A DNA stretch of 63,165 nt, filler included, from Octopus bimaculoides (Eukaryota), in assembly GCF_001194135.2 (NCBI RefSeq). It is 7 parts of 5 records of this genome, joined end to end, with 100 filler letters (N's around TTAATTAATTAA, not from the genome) between each part and the next. Parts side by side here need not be neighbours in the genome. Positions count along the whole stretch, not along the records: positions 25,562 to 29,076 come from NC_068986.1; positions 29,177 to 35,486 come from NC_068985.1; positions 35,587 to 54,240 come from NC_068992.1; 4 more parts are not named here. One strand, 5' to 3'. The position numbers and the translations under genes are program-made. The notes below the pieces were generated by a model. It made no database searches. It was not told the DNA's origin and saw nothing but the letters and a program-made list of their open reading frames with translations. Shown here piece after piece: positions 26,676 through 39,792 of the stretch. How positions within the stretch are numbered: the stretch's first letter is position 1; each line of letters starts with the position of its first letter.

Positions 26676-26817
26676 ATGTATATATACATATATACGTACA
26701 TATATGTATACACACACATATACTTATACTCACACACATAAATATACGACCAAAACCATATACATATAATTACATATAATATAATGTGCATGTATCTCTG
26801 TGTGTGTATATACATAC

Positions 26818-26830
<13 letters not shown>
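26470..26830. repeat. Approximately 210-bp tandem duplication within TA/CA microsatellite DNA
   Basis: The block aaatatRcgaccaaaaScatatacatataat..ataatgtgcatgtatct occurs at about 26540 and about 26740. Confidence 0.7.
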
Positions 26831-26860
<30 letters not shown>

Positions 26861-28173
26861 CGAGTGTGTGTGTGTGTGCGTGTGTGGATAGAGAGATCGA
26901 TTGACAGACGGATGTATGCCAACGCACACAAATACAGAGACGCCATACATGTATGTATGTCAAAGTACGTGCATACATATGCATGTACTTCTAATTCCAC
27001 ACCACCACAAGAGATGTGTGCGTGTGAGAAAGAGAGAGGAAAAGAGGAAGAGAGAGGGAGAGAGGGAGAGAGAGAGTCAAAGAGAGACAGGGACAGGGGG
27101 TGAGGATACAGAGACTGAGCCAGAGACGGCGAAGGAAAAGCAAACGAAAGAAGAGAAAATAAGTGTGGAGTAGAATGAAGTCGATGAAGGATGGGGATAT
27201 GCCAATGAGAAGGATGGTGGGTTACAATAACCGACAGATGAAACACGATTAGAAGAATAACCCTAGTAACAAAATACCGACACCCCAAGGGCAAGGAACG
27301 ACATGGAAGTGGTGTGGGTGGAGAGGAACTAAGGTATCGGTTGCGATACGCGCTTATCAGATCGCAATAGATTGCGGCTGGTACGAACCTAGAAACAGTG
27401 AAGAGATAGACCAATCGCTTTCACGGTGTGTGTTTGTCCCTAAGGAATTTTGTCAGACTTTTGATAGAGAGGTGGAGGAGTGATGGTGGTGGTGATGGTG
27501 GTGGTGGTGATAGTGGTGGTGATGGTGGTGGTGGTGATGGTAGTGGTGGTGGTGTGGTGGTGGTGGTAGAAGGCCAGTGTTCACTGAGCGGGCGATTAAT
27601 TCACGTAGTCCGAACGAATTTTACACACGTGCATGTGTGCATGTGTACGTAAGTCGTATGTATTTATATAAAAATATATACAAGCGTATATATATATATC
27701 CATATATATATATATAAATATATATANNNNNNNNNNNNNNNNNNNNNNNNNNNNNNNNNNNNNNNNNNNNNNNNNNNNNNNNNNNNNNNNNNNNNNNNNN
27801 NNNNNNNNNNNNNNNNNNNNNNNNNNNNNNNNNNNNNNNNNNNNNNNNNNNNNNNNNNNNNNNNNNNNNNNNNNNNNNNNNNNNNNNNNNNNNNNNNNNN
27901 NNNNNNNNNNNNNNNNNNNNNNNNNNNNNNNNNNNNNNNNNNNNNNNNNNNNNNNNNNNNNNNNNNNNNNNNNNNNNNNNNNNNNNNNNNNNNNNNNNNN
28001 NNNNNNNNNNNNNNNNNNNNNNNNNNNNNNNNNNNNNNNNNNNNNNNNNNNNNNNNNNNNNNNNNNNNNNNNNNNNNNNNNNNNNNNNNNNNNNNNNNNN
28101 ATATATGCATACACACTCATATGTATATGAATGTCGAGATGTATGAGGATGTGTGTATGTGTATATATATATG

Positions 28174-28214
<41 letters not shown>

Positions 28215-28341
28215 ATGTGCATACACACAGGCATACACACACATGTATATATAGTCATACACACATACACAGGCATATACAATGTAAATTGGAATGAAAT
28301 GAAAATTTATGAAGCATACTCATTAAAATTATGTACACGCA

Positions 28342-28416
<75 letters not shown>

Positions 28417-28747
28417 TCTGAACTTTAGCTGTTATTTGGTTCCGTGAAATAGACCTCTGTAAAAATATAGGCACGTATATCCTCTTCATCAGCGAGAAGA
28501 AGAGAGGAAATCTTTCGATGATACAATCTCGTTTATATACCACACTCATAGTTGACTTACAACAAGGCACGAACTATAATAACAAAGTCTAAATGTATGA
28601 GTTATTCTAATCCGCTTGTAAAAATTAACATCACGGATATTGAGTTATATCTGTAAATATTTATTAAATGCATCGGACTTGTTTTTCTGTTCAAGATTGA
28701 CAAAAAAGCTCGTTGAATTTAAATGAAAACTTGAGTGATAATACATG

Positions 28748-29076
28748 AAAGCGCGGGCGTGGTTTTGTGGTAAGAATCTTGCTTTCCAGCCACATGGCTC
28801 TAGGTTCAGGCCTACTGAATGGCAACTTGAGCAAGTGTCTTCTACTTTAGCCTCGGACCGACCAAAGCCTTGTGAGTGGATTTGGTAGACGGATTCTGCC
28901 CTAACTCTTCGAAACGCCAGTGTTGAATGGTGGCAGCTGATGAAGGAAATGTTCTGTATGTGGCTTGTGTGTTTTCTGTACTTGTTTATCATTTTGTCTA
29001 CGTTTTGTTTGCAATGTCCTGTACCTAGATATGCATCTATATATATACAGGTAGATGTAAGTATGTACATACATGT
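28748..29076 (+). repeat. SINE family A 5' half fused to a truncated copy of the 231-bp repeat at 38559/39321 (inverted)
   Basis: SINE sequence up to ttggtagacgga, then ctcttcgaaacgccagtgtt..gctgatgaagg..gcaatgtcctgtacc, matching the reverse complement of 38600-38750. Confidence 0.75.
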
Positions 29077-29656
29077 NNNNNNNNNNNNNNNNNNNNNNNN
29101 NNNNNNNNNNNNNNNNNNNNTTAATTAATTAANNNNNNNNNNNNNNNNNNNNNNNNNNNNNNNNNNNNNNNNNNNNAGAGAGAGAGAGAGAGAGAGAGAT
29201 TAGTGGCACAACAAAACACCAATATTCACTGGAAATAGCAGTCGATACGCTAATCTATATTTATATTTATACTTCTAGCGGTTCGGACAAAGAGACCGAT
29301 AGAATAAGTACTAGGCTTACAAAGAATAAGTCCTGGGGTCGATTTATTCAGTCAAATGACTGAAACAAGTAAGAGAAATACACAGCAAAAAAATATAGTA
29401 ATTTTCAATTAGTAATATTTTTAAATCTGCAAGTAAGGGTCACAATTCGAGGCATGTTCGGCGTTCTTTTTGTAACCCTTCCAAGAAATACAGGTTTCCA
29501 AACAATCGCTTCACATAGCAGATTTTTAATAATGTATCGGAAAGTATAAAATTATATCGAAAGAAACAAGTCATGGTCTATATTGAGGATTCGTGTTATA
29601 CCTTCGTACCGTCAGATATTTGTGCAGTCTCGTTGAAGAATTATGTAGCCTAGAAG

Positions 29657-30085
29657 GCGGCGAGCTTGCAGAAACGTTAGCACGCCGGACGAAATGCTTA
29701 GCGGTATTTCGTCTGCCGCTACGTTCTGAGTTCAAATTCCAACGAGGTCGACTTTGCTTTTCATCCTTTCGGGGGTCGATTAAATAAGTACCAGTTACGC
29801 ACTGGGATCGATATAATCGACTTAATCCCTTTGTCTGTCCTTGTTTGTCCCCTCTGTGTGCAGCCCCTTGTGGGCAGCAAAGAAATAAGAAACGTTAGCA
29901 CGCCGAGCGAAATTCTTAGCGATATTTCGTCTGTCTTTATGTTCTGAGTTCAAATTCCGCAAAGGTCGACTTTGCCTTTCATCCTTTCGGGTTCGATAAA
30001 TTAAGTACCAGTTGCGTACTGTGGCCGCTCTAATCGACTGGCTCCCTCTCAAAAAATTTCAGGCCTTGTGCCTAGAGTAGAAAAG
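29657..30085 (+). mobile_element. Dimeric SINE (family B) with a 20-bp target-site duplication
   Basis: Two tandem gaaacgttagcacgccg..gagttcaaattcc units are flanked by AGAATTATGTAGCCTAGAAG at 29637-29656 and 30086-30105. Confidence 0.9.
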
Positions 30086-30273
30086 AGAATTATGTAGCCT
30101 AGAAGTCGTGGTATTTTATTTTAGGCGTCACTGATGTACTTCTGCAACAGTGGAGGCAGTGAGCCGATCATAACGTGCGACCAACACGTAACATTCACAC
30201 TGTTTTACAAACATCCTGACGAACAACTACAACTGGAAACGTTTAGATTTTTTCCATTTTTGATATTCTTTTA

Positions 30274-30940
30274 ATCTTTTATTTGTTTCAGTCATTTGAC
30301 TGCGGCCATGCAGGAGCACCGCCTTTTGCTCGAAGAAGCCGACCCTTGGACTTATTATTTGTAAGCTTAGTACTTATTCTATCGGTCTTTTTTGCCGAAC
30401 CCCTAAGTTACGGGGACGTAAACACAACAGCATCGGTTGTCAAGCGATGTTGGAGGGACAAGCAGACACACAAACATATTATTATTATTATTATTATTAT
30501 TATTACTCAGGTCACTGCCTGGAATCGAACTCGGAATCTTGGGGCTAGTAGCCCGCGCTCTTAACCACTACGCCATATGACAGAATCGTTAGCACGCCGG
30601 ACAAAATGCTTGGTAGCATTTCGTTCGTCTTTACGATCTGAGTTCAAATTCCTCTGAGGTCGTCATTGCCTTTCATTCTTTCAGGGATCGATGAAATAAA
30701 TACCAGTTACCCACTGGTAAATTTCAGGTCTCGTGCTTTTAGTAGAAAGGATTATTATAAAGAAATACCCAAGGTGGCGAGATGATAGAATCGTTAGCAC
30801 GCCGGACGAAATGCTTGGCAGCATTTCGTTCGTCTTTACGTTCTGGGTGCAATTTCTGTCTTCCAACCTTCCAGGGTTGATAAAAATAAGTACCAGTTGA
30901 ACACTGGGATCGATGTAATCGATTCCCCCACTCACCCTCA
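30274..30940. mobile_element. SINE cluster: family A (minus), short tRNA-derived SINE (minus, 30505-30577) and family B copies (plus)
   Basis: The short element has an A box TGGCGTAGTGG, a B box GAGTTCGATTCC and a (TAA)n tail; the other copies match families A and B. Confidence 0.8.
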
Positions 30941-31725
30941 AAAATTACGCTGATCGTGGTTCGTATGGCAGAATTGGAAAACCTTACATAGAAATAAACA
31001 GTGTTAGTTCTAAATACAACAGCTGAATGGAACTACTGATGACTATAAAAGGCGAGGGGTGAATGAAACTAGTAACTATTGTAAATATTGTAGTTAAACG
31101 AAACCATGAATGACTTTAAATACTACAGTTTAAATAAAAGCACCAATGATACTATATACCGTGATTATGGAACCAGTGGTTATAAATGCTATAGCTGAAT
31201 AGATCAATTAGCTGCTGTTCATGCAACGGCTTGATAAAAGCGTCCATGGTTGTTATAAATGCACCACACCTGACCGACGGATGTCGGTATAACAGCACCA
31301 TGCAGCGCATACTCCACACCATCACTCTCAATATAGGTTTGATGTTCTTCCCAATCACCATCCAGTAAAATAACATATAAGAACACAACCTACACAGTAC
31401 GTACTCTGCACAATTGCCACACGACGCAATCAGTACACAACATAACTCACTCATTGTCTGTACGATTACCATCGTGCAGAATAACACAACGTACTCAATA
31501 TATGTTCTACAGAACGAGCGGAGGAAGCAGTTAAAAAAGCCAACCTCAGAAACAAACCAGACCTTTATAAACATACAAACACGCTTCTATATTCTGAAAA
31601 GACAATACTGCGTAAACCCCTTGTAAAACGGAGATGCACCTGCTGGTACTGCAAATACTTGCTTGAGACTGTCGAAAAAATGGCAATAACAATTATAATG
31701 GTTAATAATAATAATAATAATAATG

Positions 31726-31790
<65 letters not shown>

Positions 31791-32602
31791 TGTGGTACTC
31801 TGGATATAAGTGTAACCTTTCCTGTTTTGCGAGACAAACTGTATCTTTTAAGTTCACGGTAGATTAAATTGAATAAAAGATTGACTTAAATATTCAGCTA
31901 CTTTGCAAGCCCTTTTGGATTTCCGGTTCTGTATAATCCTCAATAACCTTCGCTGTTGGCGTTGGGGGAAGGGGGAAGGGGTGCTTTTNNNNNNNNNNNN
32001 NNNNNNNNNNNNNNNNNNNNNNNNNNNNNNNNNNNNNNNNNNNNNNNNNNNNNNNNNNNNNNNNNNNNNNNNNNNNNNNNNNNNNNNNNNNNNNNNNNNN
32101 NNNNNNNNNNNNNNNNNNNNNNNNNNNNNNNNNNNNNNNNNNNNNNNNNNNNNNNNNNNNNNNNNNNNNNNNNNNNNNNNNNNNNNNNNNNNNNNNNNNN
32201 NNNNNNNNNNNNNNNNNNNNNNNNNNNNNNNNNNNNNNNNNNNNNNNNNNNNNNNNNNNNNNNNNNNNNNNNNNNNNNNNNNNNNNNNNNNNNNNNNNNN
32301 NNNNNNNNNNNNNNNNNNNNNNNNNNNNNNNNNNNNNNNNNNNNNNNNNNNNNNNNNNNNNNNNNNNNNNNNNNNNNNNNNNNNNNNNNNNNNNNNNNNN
32401 NNNNNNNNNNNNNNNNNNNNNNNNNNNNNNNNNNNNNNNNNNNNNNNNNNNNNNNNNNNNNNNNNNNNNNNNNNNNNNNNNNNNNNNNNNNNNNNNNNNN
32501 NNNNNNNNNNNNNNNNNNNNNNNNNNNNNNNNNAAGGAGAAAGAGGCAAATGGAGGGAAAGGGAGAGGGTGAAGTAAACAGAAATAGAAAGCTGAAGATT
32601 AT

Positions 32603-32661
<59 letters not shown>

Positions 32662-32898
32662 TGTATGTATGTATGTACACAGATTGACAGAAGCAAGATG
32701 GTGTGAGAGAAAAAGCAAGTGAGAAAGAGAGAGTATGTTTCATAGAGAAACAGGGAGTAAGTTATGTCAGGGAAGAGAAGAAAGAAAAAAGATTAACAGA
32801 AGAACGAAAAAGCGGGAAAAATATGCAGAAATTAACATACATGTATGCATATATGCATATATGTATGTACGTATTCATACATATACATACACACAGGG

Positions 32899-32975
<77 letters not shown>

Positions 32976-35163
32976 CAGAGACAGATAGATAGATAGATGA
33001 ACGGATAGTAAAAGAGATAGATAGATAGATGGAGAGAAGAGGCGAGAAAAAGGGGGAGGGAAAAAGATAAGGGCACAAAATAATAACGATTTCGTCAAAG
33101 ACTGCAGAATTATCCTTGAGATTTTTACTCGATTTGGATCAGGGCAACTTTGATGTCACATTTCCCATTTACGCTGTTCACTGTTCGCTTAGTTTTGTGA
33201 ATTAAACTATTGTAAGTTGACCTTTAGTTTAAAGAGAGCTTCGTGCAAATTGATCTCCTTAATAAACAGATATAACAAAGGCAGGAAAGCAAAAATTAGA
33301 AAATGTCCAGCTTGCCATTATCTTTGATGACGAAAAATCTGTCATTTGTCATCATAATAACCAAATGGTCGCAAAGAAATTATGGAAGCTTGCAAGTAAT
33401 ATATAAAAAGCCATTTTGTTGAAGTCGTAAATCTAAATGCAACAGCGTATGATAATGTAATACATATATATAAAAAAAAAGTCTGTTAACATAAAATAAT
33501 ATTACTGTTTTTATTTTCCTTTTGTATTTTCTATGGTTGTTGGTTTATTTATTTATTTTTTTATTTTTATTTTATCGCAAATTGATTATAAATAGTAATA
33601 TGGATAATTTGGAGTAGAAAGAGAAAGGAGAGAAAAAAAATCGAGAGTGACATAGAGAGAAAAATATCGAGAGAGACATGTGGAACTGAACGAAAAATAG
33701 AGAGACTCATGTGGAATAGAGAGAGAGAGAGGGGGAGAAATTGAAAGAGTGAGAGAGAGAGAGGGAGGGAGAGAGAGAGGGGGTAGAGAGTACTTCTTAA
33801 TTCAAACTAGCCAAATAATATAGGCTCTTTAAACACATTTGCAGAGCGTGTGAATATCCATCGACTTTGGATCCCAGCTTTGGGATAAAAAATAACAACT
33901 AAACGTTACATTTTGCATATTCTATGGCCATTAAGAGAAACTCAGACAGCGGTCTGCCTGCAGATTGTGATATATATANNNNNNNNNNNNNNNNNNNNNN
34001 NNNNNNNNNNNNNNNNNNNNNNNNNNNNNNNNNNNNNNNNNNNNNNNNNNNNNNNNNNNNNNNNNNNNNNNNNNNNNNTATATATATACATTTGCATATA
34101 CAATACACGTATATGTGTGTGTTTGTGTGTGTGTATGTATATGCACATACATACATACACTCACACACTACTAATTATTTTATCGTACTCTGAGAAATGG
34201 AATGCAAAGCTGACCACACCACAATCCTAACTCCAGACTTAAAGAGATATCACTCAATGCCCCCAACGTATTTTGCTCAGTGCTCTACCGATTCTCGTAT
34301 CCACTACTCTAGTATCAATATAACAATTGAGAGTTTCTATGAAGTTTCAAGAAAGCGTCAGAATTGATAAAAACCAAAATGTTTGCCATACGCCATTTTA
34401 TGAACCAGAAAGACGTCACCTTCAACACTCTTCGGATAACCCAAGATAATTATCTTAATCCGTGTTTTCCATAAGGATTATTTAAGGATTTAAAAAAACT
34501 AAGTTGCAAATTGCTACATTAAATGAATTCTTTTGGTTTCCAAAATTTTTAATTCGTTCAACAAGATCGAGAGGAAAGGATTATATGGACGCAAACTCTA
34601 ATTTGTTCCATAAAAGAGAATATGGAGATGGAATAATTTTGATGGTGAGGGAGTCATAAGATAGTGTAGTTCTAAATGCACAATATGGCGGATTGGTCGT
34701 GATTCGAACAGCTTTTATTAAAAGCCTGCTTAATAAGAACTGACGTATTGGTTTCAAATTTTGGCACAGAAAGTTCGAGGCGGGAGCTGGATAGGTAAGT
34801 TGATTACATCGACCCATGTAATCAGCTGGAAAGGATGAAAGGCAAATTCGACCTCAGCGGAAATTGAACTTAGAACGTAAAGACATGGTTTGCCGCTAAG
34901 CATTTTACCAGACGTTTAACGGTCCCGCCAGTTCACCACCTTTAACCCATTAACCGCCAAATTGTTTTATTCATATTTTTTGGCTTTGCCACTTGTCTTA
35001 GGAGTTAAAATAATATATAGTATTTAAATTTTCTTCATATGTGAATTATTTTGGAAATTATGATAATTTTTTCGAAAAGTCCCAATATATATATTTTTTT
35101 TCATGCCCCAAGTGTGTATATATGTATTTATATTTATAACTTAACCTTATTAACTTTCTAAAC

Positions 35164-35285
35164 TCTCTGACGAAGCCCAGAGACACACCCAAGTATCTTA
35201 ATCTCATCGAGCAAATACTTCATTTCACTGGAGGGATAAAAGTAGAATGGGGTACCATAGCCTCTTAGCTGAAACAGCTGTAAGA
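35164..35285 (+). ncRNA. Type I hammerhead ribozyme candidate with an intact core, in a Penelope-type repeat fragment
   Basis: UCU CUGACGA AGCccAGAG..~80 nt..CUCUuaGCU GAAA CAGCUG UA AGA. Canonical core, 3-bp stem I, interrupted stem II, palindromic stem III ACAGCUGU; predicted cut after GUA at 35282. Confidence 0.55.
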
Positions 35286-35614
35286 TATTATCCTACTTTC
35301 TATGCTCGACGTTATATATTTTAATAATTACTAGTATTTTTATATTTTATATATGTAAAGTATAATATGTTATACATGTATGTATATTGTTATAATTGTC
35401 TTTTAAAAAAACAAATAAATAGATATAATACAATGTCTAAAAGTTGATGAATACCACCTCTTGATCCCCCTCCATTTTCTTATTGCNNNNNNNNNNNNNN
35501 NNNNNNNNNNNNNNNNNNNNNNNNNNNNNNTTAATTAATTAANNNNNNNNNNNNNNNNNNNNNNNNNNNNNNNNNNNNNNNNNNNNTATATATATATATA
35601 TATATATGTATACA

Positions 35615-36985
35615 TAGGCGCAGGAGTAGCTGTGTGGTAAGTAGCTTGCTTACCGACCACATGGTTCCGGGTTCAGTCCCACTGGATGGCATCTTGGGCA
35701 AGTGTCTTCTACTATAGCCTCAGGCCGACCAAAGCCTTGTGAGTGGATTTGGTAGAGGGAAACTGAAAGAAGCCCGTCGTATATATGTATATATCTATAT
35801 ATATATGTATGTACGTGTATGTGTGTCTGTGTTTGTCCTAGCATTGCTTGACAACCGATGCTGGAGTACTTATGTCCACGTCACTTAGCGGTTCAGCAAA
35901 AGAGACCGATGGAATAAGTACTAGGCTTACAAAGAATGAGTCCTGGGGTCGATTTGCTCGACTAAAAGTGGTGCTCCAGCATGACCGCAGTAAAATGATT
36001 GAAACAAGTAAAAGAGAGAAAAGAGAGTATACATATATATAAATATACATATATATACATATATATATATACATATATAAATACATATACATATATATAT
36101 ATATAATAATCGAGGTATGTACAATTTTCACTGGTCTAGCCCGCCTGTTTTTGCTCCACTGAATCCGTATTTGAGAATTTTTTAAGTGAGCTTCTTCTAG
36201 CATTTTGACAGACCGGTCACTGGTCAATCTNNNNNNNNNNNNNNNNNNNNNNNNNNNNNNNNNNNNNNNNNNNNNNNNNNNNNNNNNNNNNNNNNNNNNN
36301 NNNNNNNNNNNNNNNNNNNNNNNNNNNNNNNNNNNNNNNNNNNNNNNNNNNNNNNNNNNNNNNNNNNNNNNNNNNNNNNNNNNNNNNNNNNNNNNNNNNN
36401 NNNNNNNNNNNNNNNNNNNNNNNNNNNNNNNNNNNNNNNNNNNNNNNNNNNNNNNNNNNNNNNNNNNNNNNNNNNNNNNNNNNNNNNNNNNNNNNNNNNN
36501 NNNNNNNNNNNNNNNNNNNNNNNNNNNNNNNNNNNNNNNNNNNNNNNNNNNNNNNNNNNNNNNNNNNNNNNNNNNNNNNNNNNNNNNNNNNNNNNNNNNN
36601 NNNNNNNNNNNNNNNNNNNNNNNNNNNNNNNNNNNNNNNNNNNNNNNNNNNNNNNNNNNNNNNNNNNNNNNNNNNNNNNNNNNNNNNNNNNNNNNGGATT
36701 TGGTAGACGGAAACTGAAAGAAGCCCGTCATATATATGTATATATATATATATGTATGTGTGTATATGTTGTGTATTTGTGTTTGTCCCCCCAACATCGC
36801 TTGACAACCGATGCTGGTGTGCTTAGGTCCCCGTAACTTAGCAGTTCGGGAAAAAGAGACCGATAGAATAAGTACTAGGCTTACAAAGAATAAGTCCTGG
36901 GGGCGATTTGATTCGACTAAAGGCGGTGCTCCAGCATGGCCGCAGTCAAATGACTGAAACAAGTAAAAGAATAAAAGAATAAAAG
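35615..36985 (+). mobile_element. Two SINE family A copies (35615-36025 and 36697-36985) separated by unique sequence and a gap
   Basis: Head taggcgcaggagtagctgtgtggtaag; tail aatgactgaaacaagtaaaagaataaaag. Confidence 0.9.
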
Positions 36986-37779
36986 AATATACATATATAT
37001 ATATAGATAGATAGATATTAATTTATTCCCTTATTCTTTCACTTGTTTCAGCAATGCTGCTGCAGTCATACTGTAGTCACATATATCTATACATATAAAT
37101 TTGACATGGGCGATTCTTTCTTCTCTTGGGTTTCACGGTCAAATGGCTGGGTGTAATTACACGAAAAATTACACAGATGTGTAGAATGATCCGGTGGTGT
37201 TGCTGAGCTTTGTATTTTTTCATAGCTTCCATGGTTACCGAGATAAACTACTATAATAATACTCTTGTGTTTATGAATGAGAAAGGCAGGGGTGATAGAT
37301 GAATAAGGAAGGAAGGGGTGATGTCATACTTGGAAGTGGGATGTAAGGGGGATATGGGAATGTATGTGTGTGTGTGTGGTGCTCCAGTATGACTGCAGCA
37401 GGGATGTGGGATTTTTTTGTGAAGTCTTTCTTTGTAGTGTTTCAGTTATTTGTTTTTCAGTTTCAGATGTTTTCTTCTTTTGGTTTTTAAATTTTATGTA
37501 ATATTTCGCATTGAGGTTGAGGTATTTAATGTCTTTCACTTATTATTTTTTTGTTGTTTTTTGACCTTTGAAAATTTAAAAGATTTTTTACCTATTTTTT
37601 ATTCTGTTAATTTTTGTTTTATCTTTTATGTTTGTTTTGGTTGCGGTCTATGTTCACTTGCTATTTGAGTTATTTATTGATGTAGTTGAATCTTGGTTGT
37701 TTTATTTTTCTGTTTGTCAGTTATTTTTAGTGTTTTGATTGAAAAAAGTCATTCTAAACAAGTCGAATGCTTAAACAGA

Positions 37780-38270
37780 CATTGCTGGATCAGACAAGCC
37801 CCTGGTGTAGCCACTGACCATCCAGACTGCAGTCAAACCGTCCAACCCATGCCAGCATGGAAAACGGACTTTAAACGATGATATATACATATATACATAT
37901 ATATATATATGGCTGCATGGTAAGAAGCTTGCTTTCAACCCACATGGTTCCGGGTTTAGTCCCACTGTGTGGCATTTTGAATAAGTGTCTTCTACTATAG
38001 CCTCAAACCAACAAAACCTTGTGAGTGGATTTGGTAGACAGAAACTAAAAGGAGCCCATCACATATTTACTCCTCTTTTATTTGTTTCAGTCATTTGACT
38101 GCAGCCATGCCGGAGCACCACCTTTAGTTGAACAAATCGGCCCTAGGATTTATTCTTTGTTAGCCTAGTACTTATTCTATCAGTCCCTTTTGCTGAACAG
38201 GTAAGTTGCAGAGACGTAAACACACCAGCATCGGTTCTCAAATGATGGTGGGGAGACAAACACAGACACA
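37780..38270. mobile_element. SINE cluster (family C with GAT tail; family A plus and minus fragments) showing CpG decay
   Basis: Matches 60405-60527 and 62988-63165 (family C) and the family A copies. Confidence 0.75.
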
Positions 38271-38303
38271 CAAACACATATACACACACACATGCATACA
38301 TAC

Positions 38304-38346
<43 letters not shown>

Positions 38347-38522
38347 CATATATATGTTTGTGTGTATACANNNNNNNNNNNNNNNNNNNNNNNNNNNNNN
38401 NNNNNNNNNNNNNNNNNNNNNNNNNNNNNNNNNNNNNNNNNNNNNNNNNNNNNNNNNNNNNNNNNNNNNNNNNNNNNNNNNNNNNNNNNNNNNNNNNNNN
38501 NNNNNNNNNNNNNNNNNNNNNN

Positions 38523-38558
<36 letters not shown>

Positions 38559-38559
<1 letters not shown>

Positions 38560-39551
38560 AACAAATAGTAAATGAGTATATGCATATATACGTACAGGTA
38601 TGTGCATACCGACATCCACCTGTATGTATAGGTGCATATCTGGGTACAGGACATTGCAAACAAAACGTAGATAAGAAAACACACAAGCCACATAGAGAAC
38701 ATTCTCCTTCATCAGCTACCACAGTTTTAACACCGGCGTTTCGAAGAGCTGGGTAGGACGCATCGTTAAAACGGCTCTTCCCATGGACCGCACATTAAAT
38801 TTGTATACACAAATTAAACCTTGCCATGGAGGAATGTAGTGGCGGACAAAAAACAAGACAGGAAAACAAACAGAAAAGCCTATACGGCCAGACGGAAAAA
38901 ATTATGTGTGTATGAACGCTGTGAGGGACGAACTTGAAAGTGGAGACGAAGTAAGTTCGCGTGTTTGCTCGGCGATAGCCAAGGAAGAAAAGAATTATTG
39001 ACCGGAAGCATGTGACCATGCCGGTGTAAGGGGAAGAGAGAGAGAGTGGTAGAGGGAGAAACAAAGGGAAGAAGTAGAAGAATAGGTGAACAACGAGAGG
39101 AAAAGAGGAAGAGAGGAAGTACGAGGGGGGAAAAGGAGATACGTAGTAGTAACAGAGGAAGAACGAGAGGGGTAAAGAGAGATACGTAGTAGTAAACAGA
39201 GGAAGAATGAGAGGGGGAAAAATGAAGAGGAAGAGAAAGAGAAAGAGATAGAGTAGCATCGGAAATTATAAAGTTGCGAAAACTACTTACAGATTGGTGA
39301 CGCTGCGTTCGGTCATGTAAAAACAAATAGTAAATGAGTATATGCATATATACGTACAGGTATGTGCATACCGACATCCACCTGTATGTATAGGTGCATA
39401 TCTGGGTACAGGACATTGCAAACAAAACGTAGACGAGAAAACACACAAGCCACATAGAGAATATTCTCCTTCATCAGCTACCCCCGTTTTAACACCGGCG
39501 TTTCGAAGAGCTGGGTAGGACACATCGTTAAAACGGCTCTTCCCATGGACC
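38559..39551. repeat. 231-bp direct repeats (38559-38789 and 39321-39551) around a 531-bp spacer; possible Penelope pseudo-LTR tandem
   Basis: The two copies are near-identical, with few substitutions. The Penelope assignment is inference. Confidence 0.8.
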
Positions 39552-39558
39552 ATACATA

Positions 39559-39726
39559 CTAGCAGAGGCATCCAGCATTGTCCTGGAATTAAATTGTTCT
39601 TTATCTGTTGAACGAAAAAAGCAAAATATGTTGTATAGTAATTTGTTATTCTAAATTTATTTTATTCTTCAATTGGGATACAATTTATTCTTTAATTGGG
39701 AAATCAACTCTGAATTCATAATACAA

Positions 39727-39792
<66 letters not shown>

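Noticed and set aside
28415-28614. Minus-strand donor (28560) and acceptor (28457) pair as a possible leader of paralog C
   Set aside because: There is no ATG-initiated hydrophobic phase-1 reading and no homology to the A/B exon 1 region.
30210-30250. CTGACGA..GAAACGTT as a minimal hammerhead
   Set aside because: Stem II is only 2 bp and stem I does not pair at the cleavage site.
30505-30577. tRNA-like sequence
   Set aside because: It has A and B boxes but no complete cloverleaf, and it ends in a TAA tail; it is a SINE.
38700-38790. GAAAC..CTGATGA in the 231-bp repeat as a type II hammerhead
   Set aside because: Stem I cannot form in any of the three copies.
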